Virus record (IMG/VR): IMGVR_UViG_3300023110_000023
Span: 1 to 64,000 of that record
DNA: 64,000 nt
Source: a virus
Reading direction: 5' to 3' (one strand)
The first letter of the stretch is position 1; each line of letters opens with the position of its first letter. The position numbers were made by a program, and so were the translations under genes. Of the stretch, positions 26,612 to 36,741 are shown one piece after another. The notes under the pieces are model-generated. The model saw nothing but the letters and a program-made list of their open reading frames with translations. It had not been told where the DNA came from and ran no database searches.

Positions 26612-29600
26612 ATGGTCGTCAGCACAGGGGGGCTTCCAGCCACCCATTCCGAACTGACCCAGCCTCTTGGGTCAAAAGGACTGCCCATGACGCTCGTTTT
26701 TGCTGACCACTACGATGACACCATCGGGAACACTCCTGTGGACAGGAAGGTGCTTTTTGACACCTCCCTGCACCAACCTCGCCCCACAGGGTCGGGGACT
26801 TCCATCGTTGCCCCAATCGCGCCCAGCGTGATTCTCACGAACATGAGTGGGACAACCCTCGCATACCCGACCAGCGATTCAACCAATCACACGATGAGCC
26901 CTCGCAACGCTGGACTGACCACGAACCTCTCCCCACCGTCTTTGAATCACGAATCGGGCGCGTTGGAGTTCGGTCAAATCGTTCACGATGTCAGTCGCTC
27001 GCACCACGATGCGACAGAATTGCGTTCAAGCGTTCCATTTGCTCGCCTTTCACTCTCGGAGGTGGGTCGGTTCACCGCGTACGAAAGAAGGCGATACGCA
27101 AGCGGAAGACCAGCAAATCACACATTCCAACAGACCAAGACGACCGATGACGATGTGGTGGGTTCAATTGACATGGGCTGGGGTGCTTATGCGGGAAGTG
27201 GGACATTCAATTGCGAAGTCCCAGCGTTCACACAGGGAGGGCGTGTGGAGGCAATCACACACTACGCTAAGGCAGACTTGCCCAGCAACGCTATGGGTGT
27301 GTCGTGGGGCGATGCTCACAACGCCACATTCCTCACCACGCTGGGTTCAGCACCCATCGCTCAAACGGGGGCTTCCAGCATGGGCATCGCAGTCCAAGAC
27401 GATGACAAACTCTTCTCATCCCATTGGAACTTGAATCTCGGAGTTCGCCAACCGATTCTCGCTTCGGGAACTTCAATCTCCAGCCCCGATGGTTCGCCCG
27501 TATCGGTGTCAATATCCGAAGACGCAGATTCCGTGAATCTGCTGACATCTGTTGAAACGATTCAATCCATTTTGGTGGCCGACCGCTTCTCCGATGGAAC
27601 TGCCTCGCCCAGCGATGAAGACAACATGACGCTGGGGCGCGTTGATTTGGGCAACCACACCGTTGCCGATTCGTGCGGTTTGATTGGCTACGAGGGCGTT
27701 ATCACGGCCACAGCCTTCTTCTCCATCTCCAAGAACTCCGACCCCTCACAGACGCAAGGGGCGGTCAGTTTCACCGATGACATGACCTATGCTGGACTGA
27801 ACATTCAAGTCCATTCGGGAACGACTGTGCGAAGGAATGGCGACCCAAACAAACAGGGCGGGTATGGACTGACTCCATTCGCCCCATACCGATACGGAAG
27901 CGATGGAACGAGCGTTGATGTCATGACCGATGCAATCACGACCTCCGCACACCGAACAGGAAGCGGGTCGTTCTCCACCAGCGATGCAAACCGCACCGTC
28001 TTCTCAACGAGGCGAGATACCCACTACAACACGGATGCAACGCAGGTGCTTCCGCTGGGTGCTGGCGAGAGTGAAATCAACGCTGGTTCGGGCGTGTTCC
28101 GACAGCAACACCAAGCAACCGACCGACTGTTTGGCGACACAGCGAAGGCTGGCGATTCTTGGGCTGGGACACAGACCTTGAGTTCGGGCTGGCTATCGGA
28201 CTCAATACCGACCAAAGTGCAAATCATTCCACAGGTCATCGGCTACACCAATGTCCAAGTGTCAGTCGGGGAATTGAAAACAGCCACTCATCCATCGGCT
28301 CAACCCATCACATTCCGCAAGCCAATCGTGGACTATCATGTGCTGGTTTCAGTCGCAGACCGAAGTGAATTGGTCGTCAAATCCGACACCAGCGTGGGCA
28401 ACGATTCGGTTGGCGACCCAACCTCTCGGAACGACCCGAATCCAAACCGACTCCACGCCAACATGGACTTGAGCGACCTGCCTTGCACCATTTATCACGG
28501 AATCGTGCGTATCAATCCCGATACGCTGGAACAGATTTACCTTGACCCAGCCGACCTTCCAGCAGGGTATGATGCGATTTCAGCAGACTGTCCATTTTCA
28601 GTCATGCCTCGCCACCGAAAAATGTCGGTGGATGGGAAGGTGTCAATGGGCTGGGGATTGCATCAAATCACTCCATTCCGACCTCTCGCATCACGCCAAT
28701 GGGTGCGTGTTCCCAAACTGTGTTCAGCCATCCAATCGGGCGGATTTTATCAGCGAGGGGGCGTATCTCATCTGTGGGATGCTGATGTGTATGGTGGCGA
28801 ACTCTTCGTGGGTGCTGACATCATTGACGCAACCGACTTCGCTGTTGAAACGACCAAAGACGGCAAGCCGTATTTTGGGCTGTGGGGCAACGGCCAAATC
28901 GTTCCAAATGGAAGCCATGACCCAGCCATGCCTCAAGGCTGTGAACTGATGGTGTTCCGCTATTCTCCGAAGAAAGACCCGTATCACCCATCCACCAAAA
29001 ACACATCACCGAGCGACAATCCGATTCGGGATGCACTCGGAACGAATGCTTCTGCGGTGAGTGGAACGACCACTTATTCGGCTCAATATAAGACAGGGTT
29101 CACCATCACCGATGAACGACTTCTCGCTGATTCGGCTTGGGAAGTTCACGATTGGGTGATTCCCCAATTGGAACTCATGCGGTATCTCGGCAAGGAAGAA
29201 AAGTCATCCATGCGACACCCGAAGCACTCGGAGAGCGATGGAACAGAAGTCATCCTTCACCCGACTGTGCATTGTTCCAGCCTTCGCATCATGGATGATG
29301 GAAGGATGCTGATGGCGATGGTTCATAGGGACTACATTGAAGATGTCAGCGAGTTCCCGTCTGCTGATATTGGCTATCCAGCGAACCCCGATTTGAGCAT
29401 CGGTTCGTGTCCCGTTGGCTATGTTTATTCGGATGGTCAATGCGTTCCAATCACATCGCTGGGCGCGTCTGCCGATTCGGGTTTCCACATTGACCCAACC
29501 AGCGGAGATGAGATGGAGGGGAGTGGCGACCCACAGGCGTTGTCGGCTGGGACAGGAGTGCAACCATCGGGCGACAATTTCAGCCAATACCCAACATGGA

Positions 29601-32600
29601 ACAAACTCATCGCTGACACATCAGCAAGGTCGCTCATCCTCGCCTTCTCCGATGCACCAGCCAATGACAACGGACAGGTCGCTCGCGGTCGCGTGGGCTT
29701 CGCTCTCAAGTGGGAACTCGTTCCTGTGGGCGATGAATCCACGCAAGAACTCGCCATCCAAACATGGACACACGAAGATACATGGTGGAGTGGTGCAAGA
29801 ATCGCATATTGGTTTGATGAGTCGGGTCAGCGAGCCATCCCAATGACCTATGGCTCATACCCCGAATGTCGCATGAGTCATGCGAACTTGCCTCGCTCTT
29901 TGGCTTGGCTTGATTCCGACTTGAACATTCATCACGGCCTTCCATTCCGTCAGCCAGCAACCATGTCAGCACCACACCCATCCTTGCCCGATTTGATGGG
30001 CAGGTTGAGCCCTGTGGATGAGTGGTATCGCAACCGATACGACTTCCTCAAATATACCCGTTTCGTTCCTACTACGATTGGATTTGCTGACTTTGGTGCT
30101 GGGGCGAATCCATTCCAAGAACTTGGGTGGTCGGGTTGGTCGTTCCCAGCAGACCTGTATGACCCAATTTCATACGGTGATGGAACAGCGTTCTTCCGCG
30201 ATTCCACGACACCTCATGCTTGGAAGAACATGGGCGACAACCAAAACTACGATGCGACAGGTGGCGACTACAATCCGTATTCAGCGGTCGTGTATGACCT
30301 CACAGGCATCACCCTTCCAGCCATCATCCTTTCTTGGACTGTGGGCGGGGTCAATGTGGCCGAGAATATCCCCGTTGTCGGCACTACGGTCGCAGACCTC
30401 GTTTCAACGGTCAAATCCCCACCAGCCCTGTATGACCCTTTGGTTGATGGAATGTATATCCCACATGGCGGTGCTTTGACATCATCGGGCGACCTCATGA
30501 TTCGCAAGTTTGAAGACACTCCATCGTTCCTTCCAGCACAGGTTTTCAACGAAGGAGTGCTTGAGTTCGGAGATTTGGTGATGGACACGGGTGAAACATT
30601 CTCACCGACAATCGCTTGGTCAAACGCTGGGCGAAGCACCATGCTGGGCTCGTTCTCATCGTGGTCGCATCACGGCTCGCTTCACTACGGCCTCTCGGCA
30701 ACCCATCACCCATATCGTGTGGACAGGGTGTTCAAGCAGGTTCACGCTGGACTTGGCTACGATGTTCCTCTCCACTTGCTGATTCCCCCCGAAGTCCATG
30801 TGCGAGCGAGAGCAGGGGGCAACGGGCAGATTGACTTGGAGATGGAAACGCCATTCCATCGCACCGATTATCAGCACTTGATTGGGGCTTCGTTGTTTGA
30901 ATCGGGCTTTGAACTCGGTGGTGCATCACCATCCGAAGCAAGTCAAAACCCGCTGGGTCAATGGTATCTCCGAACAAATCTGTGGGACTCACCGATGCAC
31001 ACGACTTCTGCGAATGTCAGCGGAATCAGCCTGTTCAATCAGCGAATCAAGGGTGCAATCGTATCGGGCTCAATAGGGCTTGAAGCGTATTGGACAGACC
31101 ATCCGACCGACCACTTCCACGCTGGTGCGATGCCGATTCTTCCAAACAACGACTACGACCTCGCCATGATTGAAACAAATCGCTACGCGCCCGTCATGTT
31201 GGCGAGAGCATCCGAGATGCACGACCTTGATGTGCTGGCGACCAGCGAGCAATTGCTCTCCAGCGTTGATGTTCATGTCAGTCAAACAGCGAAGGCATAT
31301 TGGGATTCGGGGGCAATCGTGTCGGCTCAAGGTGTCGGACAATACGACAACAATCCCGCTGGCGGTGGAACAAACGACCTCGCCATGACTGAAACTTGGC
31401 TTGGTGAGGTGAACGAGGCAAACGGTGGTGGACTCACGGGGTTCACGATGGCGAGGGGAAGCACTCCGTTTGGAATGGGCAAGGGTCAGCGAGTGATACG
31501 AACACCCGAAGGCACACTCCACCATTTCATCATCAAGCGTTCCATTGTGAGTGGCTACGCCAACCAACCGACATGGGCTCACATGAAGAAGCCGTTGCAC
31601 AGCGACCTGTTTTGGTCAAGGAGGGCTACGACAACAGCACCCGACACGCAGACGGGTGCTGGTGCTGACGAGTGCGGTGCGAAGTTCTCCAGCATCGCAA
31701 CCGTTTATGGTGGCGAAACCATACACCGAGTCTGCGGTGCATCGTTTTGTAGCGATTCCAAAGGCACGATTCACGCAGTTCTTGAATATCATCTCAACCC
31801 CGAAGACGAAGGCTCACATCGCGCCCATTCGCTCTATTATCACAAAGCAGACCGAGTGCAAATTGCTTCCAACCCCGAACCCGTGTATGATTGGGATTGG
31901 ACAGTTCACACGCCCGTTCTCATCAACAGTTCGGTTGATGCGTTCACCCCATCGGGAACGATATACGACTTCCGCCAGCCATCACTCGTCTGCGATTCCA
32001 AAGACCGATTGCACTTGACTGTGGCTCGCCCAACGGTTGAAACGCAAGTCAGCGGTTGGACATCTCCAGCAAGCACCAACCCCGTGAGCGTGTTTTACAC
32101 GATGAAGGAGGCTGACGAGGCATCATTCCCAACCCCATCATTTGAATCAACATACGGGGATTCCAACGACACGCTATGGTCATGTGTCAGCCGACCATCA
32201 ACGGACACCACAGACGATGAAATGAACAACCCAGCGAACTCAAATCACATCGTCAGCGTAGCATCCCATCCGAAAGTTTGCCTTCGTTCCGATGATGTTC
32301 CTGTCGTCTTTTTCTTGGGTTGGGCGGGGTCATCCATTCATAGCGGAACACGAAACAAGACTGCGGTGTACGCGAACATCGGTGAGGTTGGTGTTGGGGG
32401 GCGTATTCAGTTCAATACGGGCAAGTGCTGTCATGTTCTCGGACTTCCACCCAATTCCAAAAACACGATGGCGAGCAAAAACATCTCACACTACGATTCC
32501 ATCATTGACGAGAACGACCGAGCAATCACGGTCGGCATCAAAGACGACAGGGACAGCGTGAATGGTCAAACATGGGCAAGTCGCCACACGCTCATCAATA

Positions 32601-33409
32601 AGTTCAACACACGGATTCCATTTGCTGAACAATATACAGCGACCGATGGACTCGGAGATACGAGAACGCTGTTCAAAGCCCCTCAATACGATGGAACGAC
32701 TGAACTGCGGTATGTGGACACCTATCTCCAAGAGCCCACGCTCACGACCAATGGGAAGGGTGAATATCACCTCGTCATGCGTTTCACCATGACGGGTCAA
32801 GACGAAGGGCGCGTTGGTGCGACCTTCCGCGACCAAGACCTCGCGATTGAATCGGCTGTGCATCCTCTCCAATGGGCTGGAACTCCGCTGACGGGTTCGG
32901 GCAACACGCTTTACACAGGAGGCTACGCTTCGGTGTCGGGAAGCATGGATTGGACAGGGCGATACGGTGGAGGAAGGAATCCGATTTACACCAACAGCAC
33001 CACGAACACCCACACCCACTTGATGCACATTTGGTTTCCATCATACGAGTTTGATGACGATGTGAGTGCTGACGACCGTGTGATTCGCTCAATCAATCTC
33101 CGATGGCTGTCAGTCCCATCCTTGCGATACGATGCAACGCTGGGCTTCCAGCCCGTTGGTTCTGCCCAAACGATTGCTGGACAGGAAGACTTCCCTCACC
33201 TATACCCTCAAATCCGCTATCAACGGTTTTGGGGCTACGATGCTTCGGAGATTGACTTGACATGGAAGACCAACGAGATGTCGTGGTATCGCACTCCGCA
33301 CTACGCTTCCTCGTTGTATCTGCCGAATCTCGGCGGGGCAGGTATGAGTCCAGCGGGTGATATTGGGACAGTCGGCATGGGCTTGCAGGGCTTCCCGAAT
33401 GGTGAATAA
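26612..33409 (+). CDS. giant virion/tail protein (2265 aa)
   Basis: S/T/G/D-rich; propeller-like DSKGTIHAV, DSKDRLHL motifs; late-class box; tail region. Confidence 0.7.
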   Translation: MVVSTGGLPATHSELTQPLGSKGLPMTLVFADHYDDTIGNTPVDRKVLFDTSLHQPRPTGSGTSIVAPIAPSVILTNMSGTTLAYPTSDSTNHTMSPRNAGLTTNLSPPSLNHESGALEFGQIVHDVSRSHHDATELRSSVPFARLSLSEVGRFTAYERRRYASGRPANHTFQQTKTTDDDVVGSIDMGWGAYAGSGTFNCEVPAFTQGGRVEAITHYAKADLPSNAMGVSWGDAHNATFLTTLGSAPIAQTGASSMGIAVQDDDKLFSSHWNLNLGVRQPILASGTSISSPDGSPVSVSISEDADSVNLLTSVETIQSILVADRFSDGTASPSDEDNMTLGRVDLGNHTVADSCGLIGYEGVITATAFFSISKNSDPSQTQGAVSFTDDMTYAGLNIQVHSGTTVRRNGDPNKQGGYGLTPFAPYRYGSDGTSVDVMTDAITTSAHRTGSGSFSTSDANRTVFSTRRDTHYNTDATQVLPLGAGESEINAGSGVFRQQHQATDRLFGDTAKAGDSWAGTQTLSSGWLSDSIPTKVQIIPQVIGYTNVQVSVGELKTATHPSAQPITFRKPIVDYHVLVSVADRSELVVKSDTSVGNDSVGDPTSRNDPNPNRLHANMDLSDLPCTIYHGIVRINPDTLEQIYLDPADLPAGYDAISADCPFSVMPRHRKMSVDGKVSMGWGLHQITPFRPLASRQWVRVPKLCSAIQSGGFYQRGGVSHLWDADVYGGELFVGADIIDATDFAVETTKDGKPYFGLWGNGQIVPNGSHDPAMPQGCELMVFRYSPKKDPYHPSTKNTSPSDNPIRDALGTNASAVSGTTTYSAQYKTGFTITDERLLADSAWEVHDWVIPQLELMRYLGKEEKSSMRHPKHSESDGTEVILHPTVHCSSLRIMDDGRMLMAMVHRDYIEDVSEFPSADIGYPANPDLSIGSCPVGYVYSDGQCVPITSLGASADSGFHIDPTSGDEMEGSGDPQALSAGTGVQPSGDNFSQYPTWNKLIADTSARSLILAFSDAPANDNGQVARGRVGFALKWELVPVGDESTQELAIQTWTHEDTWWSGARIAYWFDESGQRAIPMTYGSYPECRMSHANLPRSLAWLDSDLNIHHGLPFRQPATMSAPHPSLPDLMGRLSPVDEWYRNRYDFLKYTRFVPTTIGFADFGAGANPFQELGWSGWSFPADLYDPISYGDGTAFFRDSTTPHAWKNMGDNQNYDATGGDYNPYSAVVYDLTGITLPAIILSWTVGGVNVAENIPVVGTTVADLVSTVKSPPALYDPLVDGMYIPHGGALTSSGDLMIRKFEDTPSFLPAQVFNEGVLEFGDLVMDTGETFSPTIAWSNAGRSTMLGSFSSWSHHGSLHYGLSATHHPYRVDRVFKQVHAGLGYDVPLHLLIPPEVHVRARAGGNGQIDLEMETPFHRTDYQHLIGASLFESGFELGGASPSEASQNPLGQWYLRTNLWDSPMHTTSANVSGISLFNQRIKGAIVSGSIGLEAYWTDHPTDHFHAGAMPILPNNDYDLAMIETNRYAPVMLARASEMHDLDVLATSEQLLSSVDVHVSQTAKAYWDSGAIVSAQGVGQYDNNPAGGGTNDLAMTETWLGEVNEANGGGLTGFTMARGSTPFGMGKGQRVIRTPEGTLHHFIIKRSIVSGYANQPTWAHMKKPLHSDLFWSRRATTTAPDTQTGAGADECGAKFSSIATVYGGETIHRVCGASFCSDSKGTIHAVLEYHLNPEDEGSHRAHSLYYHKADRVQIASNPEPVYDWDWTVHTPVLINSSVDAFTPSGTIYDFRQPSLVCDSKDRLHLTVARPTVETQVSGWTSPASTNPVSVFYTMKEADEASFPTPSFESTYGDSNDTLWSCVSRPSTDTTDDEMNNPANSNHIVSVASHPKVCLRSDDVPVVFFLGWAGSSIHSGTRNKTAVYANIGEVGVGGRIQFNTGKCCHVLGLPPNSKNTMASKNISHYDSIIDENDRAITVGIKDDRDSVNGQTWASRHTLINKFNTRIPFAEQYTATDGLGDTRTLFKAPQYDGTTELRYVDTYLQEPTLTTNGKGEYHLVMRFTMTGQDEGRVGATFRDQDLAIESAVHPLQWAGTPLTGSGNTLYTGGYASVSGSMDWTGRYGGGRNPIYTNSTTNTHTHLMHIWFPSYEFDDDVSADDRVIRSINLRWLSVPSLRYDATLGFQPVGSAQTIAGQEDFPHLYPQIRYQRFWGYDASEIDLTWKTNEMSWYRTPHYASSLYLPNLGGAGMSPAGDIGTVGMGLQGFPNGE

Positions 33410-33470
33410 TCACCAAAACCATTGAGATTTAGCAAAGCATTGATATAGGGGATGCCTTTCATCTCGTATC

Positions 33471-33971
33471 ATGCAATCCGCACAAACCCAAGCCCGACCC
33501 GTCAAGTTTGTCCACGATGACCACTTGAAGACCGAAGAAGACCTGCCTTACCTTGACGGCTCATGTGCCGTTGTGGTTCACCAGCGAAACGAGCCTTCGT
33601 TCTTCGTGAACGCTGGCGACAAAATTGACCTTGACAACGACTTCACCGAAGTCGGAACTTTCGCCATCGGCACATACGGAGAAGGCGATGCAATCTCCGC
33701 CATGCCTGTGTTCAGCCATGTCTTCTTCCGCACCAACCACATTGAGTCCGATTGGACACAGGCTGACTCCATGAGCGACATCTCATGCGAAGGCCACACC
33801 GAAGTCTTCGTGCAGATGCTCAACGCTTCTTCCAACGCTCGCTCAACCTCCGTTGGCGATGTGTATGAAGTCGTGTGGACAGGCTACGAAGGCGAAACCG
33901 TCAGCGACTTTTACATCGTGGATGGCTGTGGCTGGAAAACCGTCAGCGGTGCTGGCGACCACATTTGGTGA
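33471..33971 (+). CDS. accessory protein with YodL-like RSTSVGDV motif (class-E cassette)
   Basis: ARSTSVGDVY...FYIVDGCGWK; boxes 33422/33440. Confidence 0.65.
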   Translation: MQSAQTQARPVKFVHDDHLKTEEDLPYLDGSCAVVVHQRNEPSFFVNAGDKIDLDNDFTEVGTFAIGTYGEGDAISAMPVFSHVFFRTNHIESDWTQADSMSDISCEGHTEVFVQMLNASSNARSTSVGDVYEVVWTGYEGETVSDFYIVDGCGWKTVSGAGDHIW

Positions 33972-33975
33972 GTCC

Positions 33976-35787
33976 TCAATTGGACAGCCCAGCGGCGACT
34001 CGTAGTGTAGCAAGTGGGTCGGGTGCTTGTCGCCCGACTGACAGGCTCATCTCCGTTCCGTTGGTGTCCATTGTCCACTTGACATCAAAGACCCTGTGGC
34101 GACCCGACAGGCCAGCATCACGGGATGCGAACTCCATCACATCACCAACCGAGATGTCCAGCCTTTCGGGGATTCCCTCAACGACCCAGCGAGCAAGCGA
34201 CGCGCCCTGCGAAGCCAGCATGGTTTCACCGACCAATATGGCTTGATGCTCGTCTGCGATGAAATCCTCACGAACCACACGCTCAACGGGCTTGGTTGGG
34301 TATCGTGCCGAGCCGATTGCTGGAACGGACACGGAGATGCCTTTGCTGTCGTTCTTGACCTTGACCACATTGAAGCGGTGGGTATCACCCTCTTCACGCT
34401 GAATCATCGTTGGATAGAAGTCCTGTGGGACAGCGGTGCGTGGAATCCTTCCAGCGACCAGCGGGACAACCGTTGCATCATCCACCTCACGCAGTCGTTC
34501 CATGACGAGATACCCGTGAGAATCGGCCTTCAACACGACCAAGTTCGGTGTTGAATTGATGATGGACAGGATGGACTGAATCGCGTTCAATCGCGTCTTC
34601 CCCACGAAGTCCATGTCGGCTGGAAGAATCACAAACGACTCGTTGAGGATGCGACCGATTGGCGGTGTGTATGCCGAATTGCTGATGATGTCTTTGATGA
34701 CGGTTGCCGAGTCCGACTCATAATACCCAACAGGAGAGTCCAACACTTCCCGTGTGAGATAGCCGAGCGAATCCAAAGCGATGAGTTCCAAACTCGTATT
34801 GGACTCAATAACCTCCGAAACGAATCCTGTGAACACCAGCGGTGGATTTGCCCAATGTCGTGGCGAAGCATACACTTGGACAACATCACCTTCTCGGATT
34901 GTCCCCGACCTTCGCCCTGCTGTGTTGTTGATGTCAATGTTCATTCGTGCTGGGGCGTTCATGGATTGGGTGAACGACACGGACTTCACGCCCTGCAAGT
35001 TCGTCATGCCGTTGATGACGACCACAGGGGCGCGTGGAGTCGCTTCATCCCTCGCCAGCCGACCATACAGGTTGCGATTCATGACCCTCCGAGAGCGAGC
35101 GAAGAATACCTTGTGAGCCCATCCGTTGCGAAGACCCGTGAGGCTCATTCGCTTTGGTCGGTTTGTCCATTGAAGCCCTTCGGGATTCCAGCCTCCATCG
35201 GAGAAGCCAAGACGACCGAGATTGAATGTTGGCTGGGGCAGAATGGAAGTCGGGTACGCGCCCTCCGTTGCACCTGTGGTCATGGCGAATCCACCACGAC
35301 CTCCACCTCCACGCCTGTTCACGATGTCGTATTTGTCGGGGAAGCCCGATTCGGACAGGTAGTGATACCCGAAGCCCAGCGTTTCTGCCGACAGGTCGCC
35401 ATGCAAGTGTGGGTCAAACGGTCGTGGTGTGGTCAAAGAAGTGTAGCAAGCGGTGGATAGGCGGTCAAGTTCCCAACCATCGTCAAGGTCGGTCGGGTGC
35501 GGGATGAAATCAATGCCCCAATCGGTCGGATAATGCGATGGCCGTTCCATGACTTCCTTCTCGTAGTGGAACGCATCCAGCGTTGGTGCTGGCTCGTTGC
35601 GTATGGCTTCGTGAGTGTTCTCCAGCCATGTCTTTGACACCCACCGAGCGATTGCCGTTCTCGGTCGTCTTGGGTCGCTTCCAAGCCGTTCAATCTCATC
35701 CAGCAGGGGTTGGGAAGGGTTGATGACGATTTGAGCGTCAGCAGGGGCTCTCACAAGCCTGTGGAAGCGTTCCGTTTGGCTGTCCAT
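33976..35787 (-). CDS. baseplate hub / late-control gpD-like tail protein
   Basis: VFTGFVSEV, LIALDSLGYL, ISVGDV...HRVFDVKW; ATG 30 nt after CAATTAAACC box. Confidence 0.7.
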   Translation of the reverse strand: MDSQTERFHRLVRAPADAQIVINPSQPLLDEIERLGSDPRRPRTAIARWVSKTWLENTHEAIRNEPAPTLDAFHYEKEVMERPSHYPTDWGIDFIPHPTDLDDGWELDRLSTACYTSLTTPRPFDPHLHGDLSAETLGFGYHYLSESGFPDKYDIVNRRGGGGRGGFAMTTGATEGAYPTSILPQPTFNLGRLGFSDGGWNPEGLQWTNRPKRMSLTGLRNGWAHKVFFARSRRVMNRNLYGRLARDEATPRAPVVVINGMTNLQGVKSVSFTQSMNAPARMNIDINNTAGRRSGTIREGDVVQVYASPRHWANPPLVFTGFVSEVIESNTSLELIALDSLGYLTREVLDSPVGYYESDSATVIKDIISNSAYTPPIGRILNESFVILPADMDFVGKTRLNAIQSILSIINSTPNLVVLKADSHGYLVMERLREVDDATVVPLVAGRIPRTAVPQDFYPTMIQREEGDTHRFNVVKVKNDSKGISVSVPAIGSARYPTKPVERVVREDFIADEHQAILVGETMLASQGASLARWVVEGIPERLDISVGDVMEFASRDAGLSGRHRVFDVKWTMDTNGTEMSLSVGRQAPDPLATLRVAAGLSN

Positions 35788-35838
35788 ACCCAACCCACTA
35801 CGCATTCGGTTTAATTGGCTGACGAATGATGGGGACTG

Positions 35839-35907
35839 TTGAGATTCCGAGCAGGGCATTGACTTGATATTGCGAGCATTGACTTGAGATTCCGACATCG
35901 TATCAAT
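35839..35907. repeat. iterated TTGA(G/T)ATT(C/G)CGA boxes; candidate origin or regulatory hub
   Basis: Copies at 35839, 35864, 35884, inverted TATCAAT at 35901; 20-bp tandem unit. Confidence 0.6.
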
Positions 35908-35933
35908 GAACGAAGTGTTTTTATTCCAATCAT

Positions 35934-35954
35934 TTGTGTGCCTTCGGCACACAA
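35934..35954. other. perfect UUCG-loop hairpin
   Basis: TTGTGTGCC TTC GGCACACAA. Confidence 0.6.
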
Positions 35955-36095
35955 CCCCAAAGAATCAAACGAACAGGGGTGCTGAAAGACATACACTTTG
36001 GTCAATATGTGTGTGTTCTAAGGAAGGTGCAATTCCAATCATTTAGGACATTGATGAAGCAAAGCATTGATAAGGTAGTGTGTGCTGGGCAGGGC

Positions 36096-36440
36096 ATGAC
36101 CAGCCAACACGGTGAGAAGTCGTATCACACGACTACGACCAAAACCCCGAAGGGTGATGTGTCGTATGGTCGCATCAAGTTCGCTGACTGCGTTCACCAC
36201 TACACCCTCAAAGACCAATACCACACTTTTGTCGTTGAAATCTATGACCTCAAGGGCAACCTCATCACGATAGGCGATGAAATGGACATCATGCCCAAAG
36301 AACGCCACCAGCACCGACCAACACGAAGCCATGCAATCATGATGGCGAAGTCAATGGTGGAATATCACCTCAATGACGATTATCCTCTTTGGACACCAAG
36401 CGGTTGGACAACCGACCCAACGGCATACGGAATTGAATGA
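36096..36440 (+). CDS. accessory hypothetical protein (class-E cassette)
   Basis: Boxes 36051/36067; ATG at +29. Confidence 0.65.
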   Translation: MTSQHGEKSYHTTTTKTPKGDVSYGRIKFADCVHHYTLKDQYHTFVVEIYDLKGNLITIGDEMDIMPKERHQHRPTRSHAIMMAKSMVEYHLNDDYPLWTPSGWTTDPTAYGIE

Positions 36441-36453
36441 AGGAGATGAGAAC

Positions 36454-36738
36454 ATGGGCAAGACGCACAGGTATCACGGAAGGGAAAATGGAAATGATGC
36501 GAAGTTCCACCGATGGTGGCGAAAGGTTGAGGGGCGGGTCTTCCGAAAGGACAACGACCGAATCCGAACTGCCCAACACGCATCTGCGACCGCGAACGAG
36601 GAAGGAATCCGACTCAAGAGCCGAAACCTCCGTGTGCCTCGCAGACCAAAGACTCACGGCTACGGCTTTACGCCACACCCGTTCCCCCTTGACCAATACG
36701 CAGATGGCTGTTTGATAACGGTGGGCGAACCTCGCTGA
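36454..36738 (+). CDS. basic hypothetical protein
   Basis: GGAGATGA RBS; Arg/Lys-rich. Confidence 0.55.
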   Translation: MGKTHRYHGRENGNDAKFHRWWRKVEGRVFRKDNDRIRTAQHASATANEEGIRLKSRNLRVPRRPKTHGYGFTPHPFPLDQYADGCLITVGEPR

Positions 36739-36741
36739 CAC

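Noticed and set aside
20868-33409. Diversity-generating retroelement targeting tail proteins
   Set aside because: No reverse transcriptase and no TR/VR repeat pair noticed in the window
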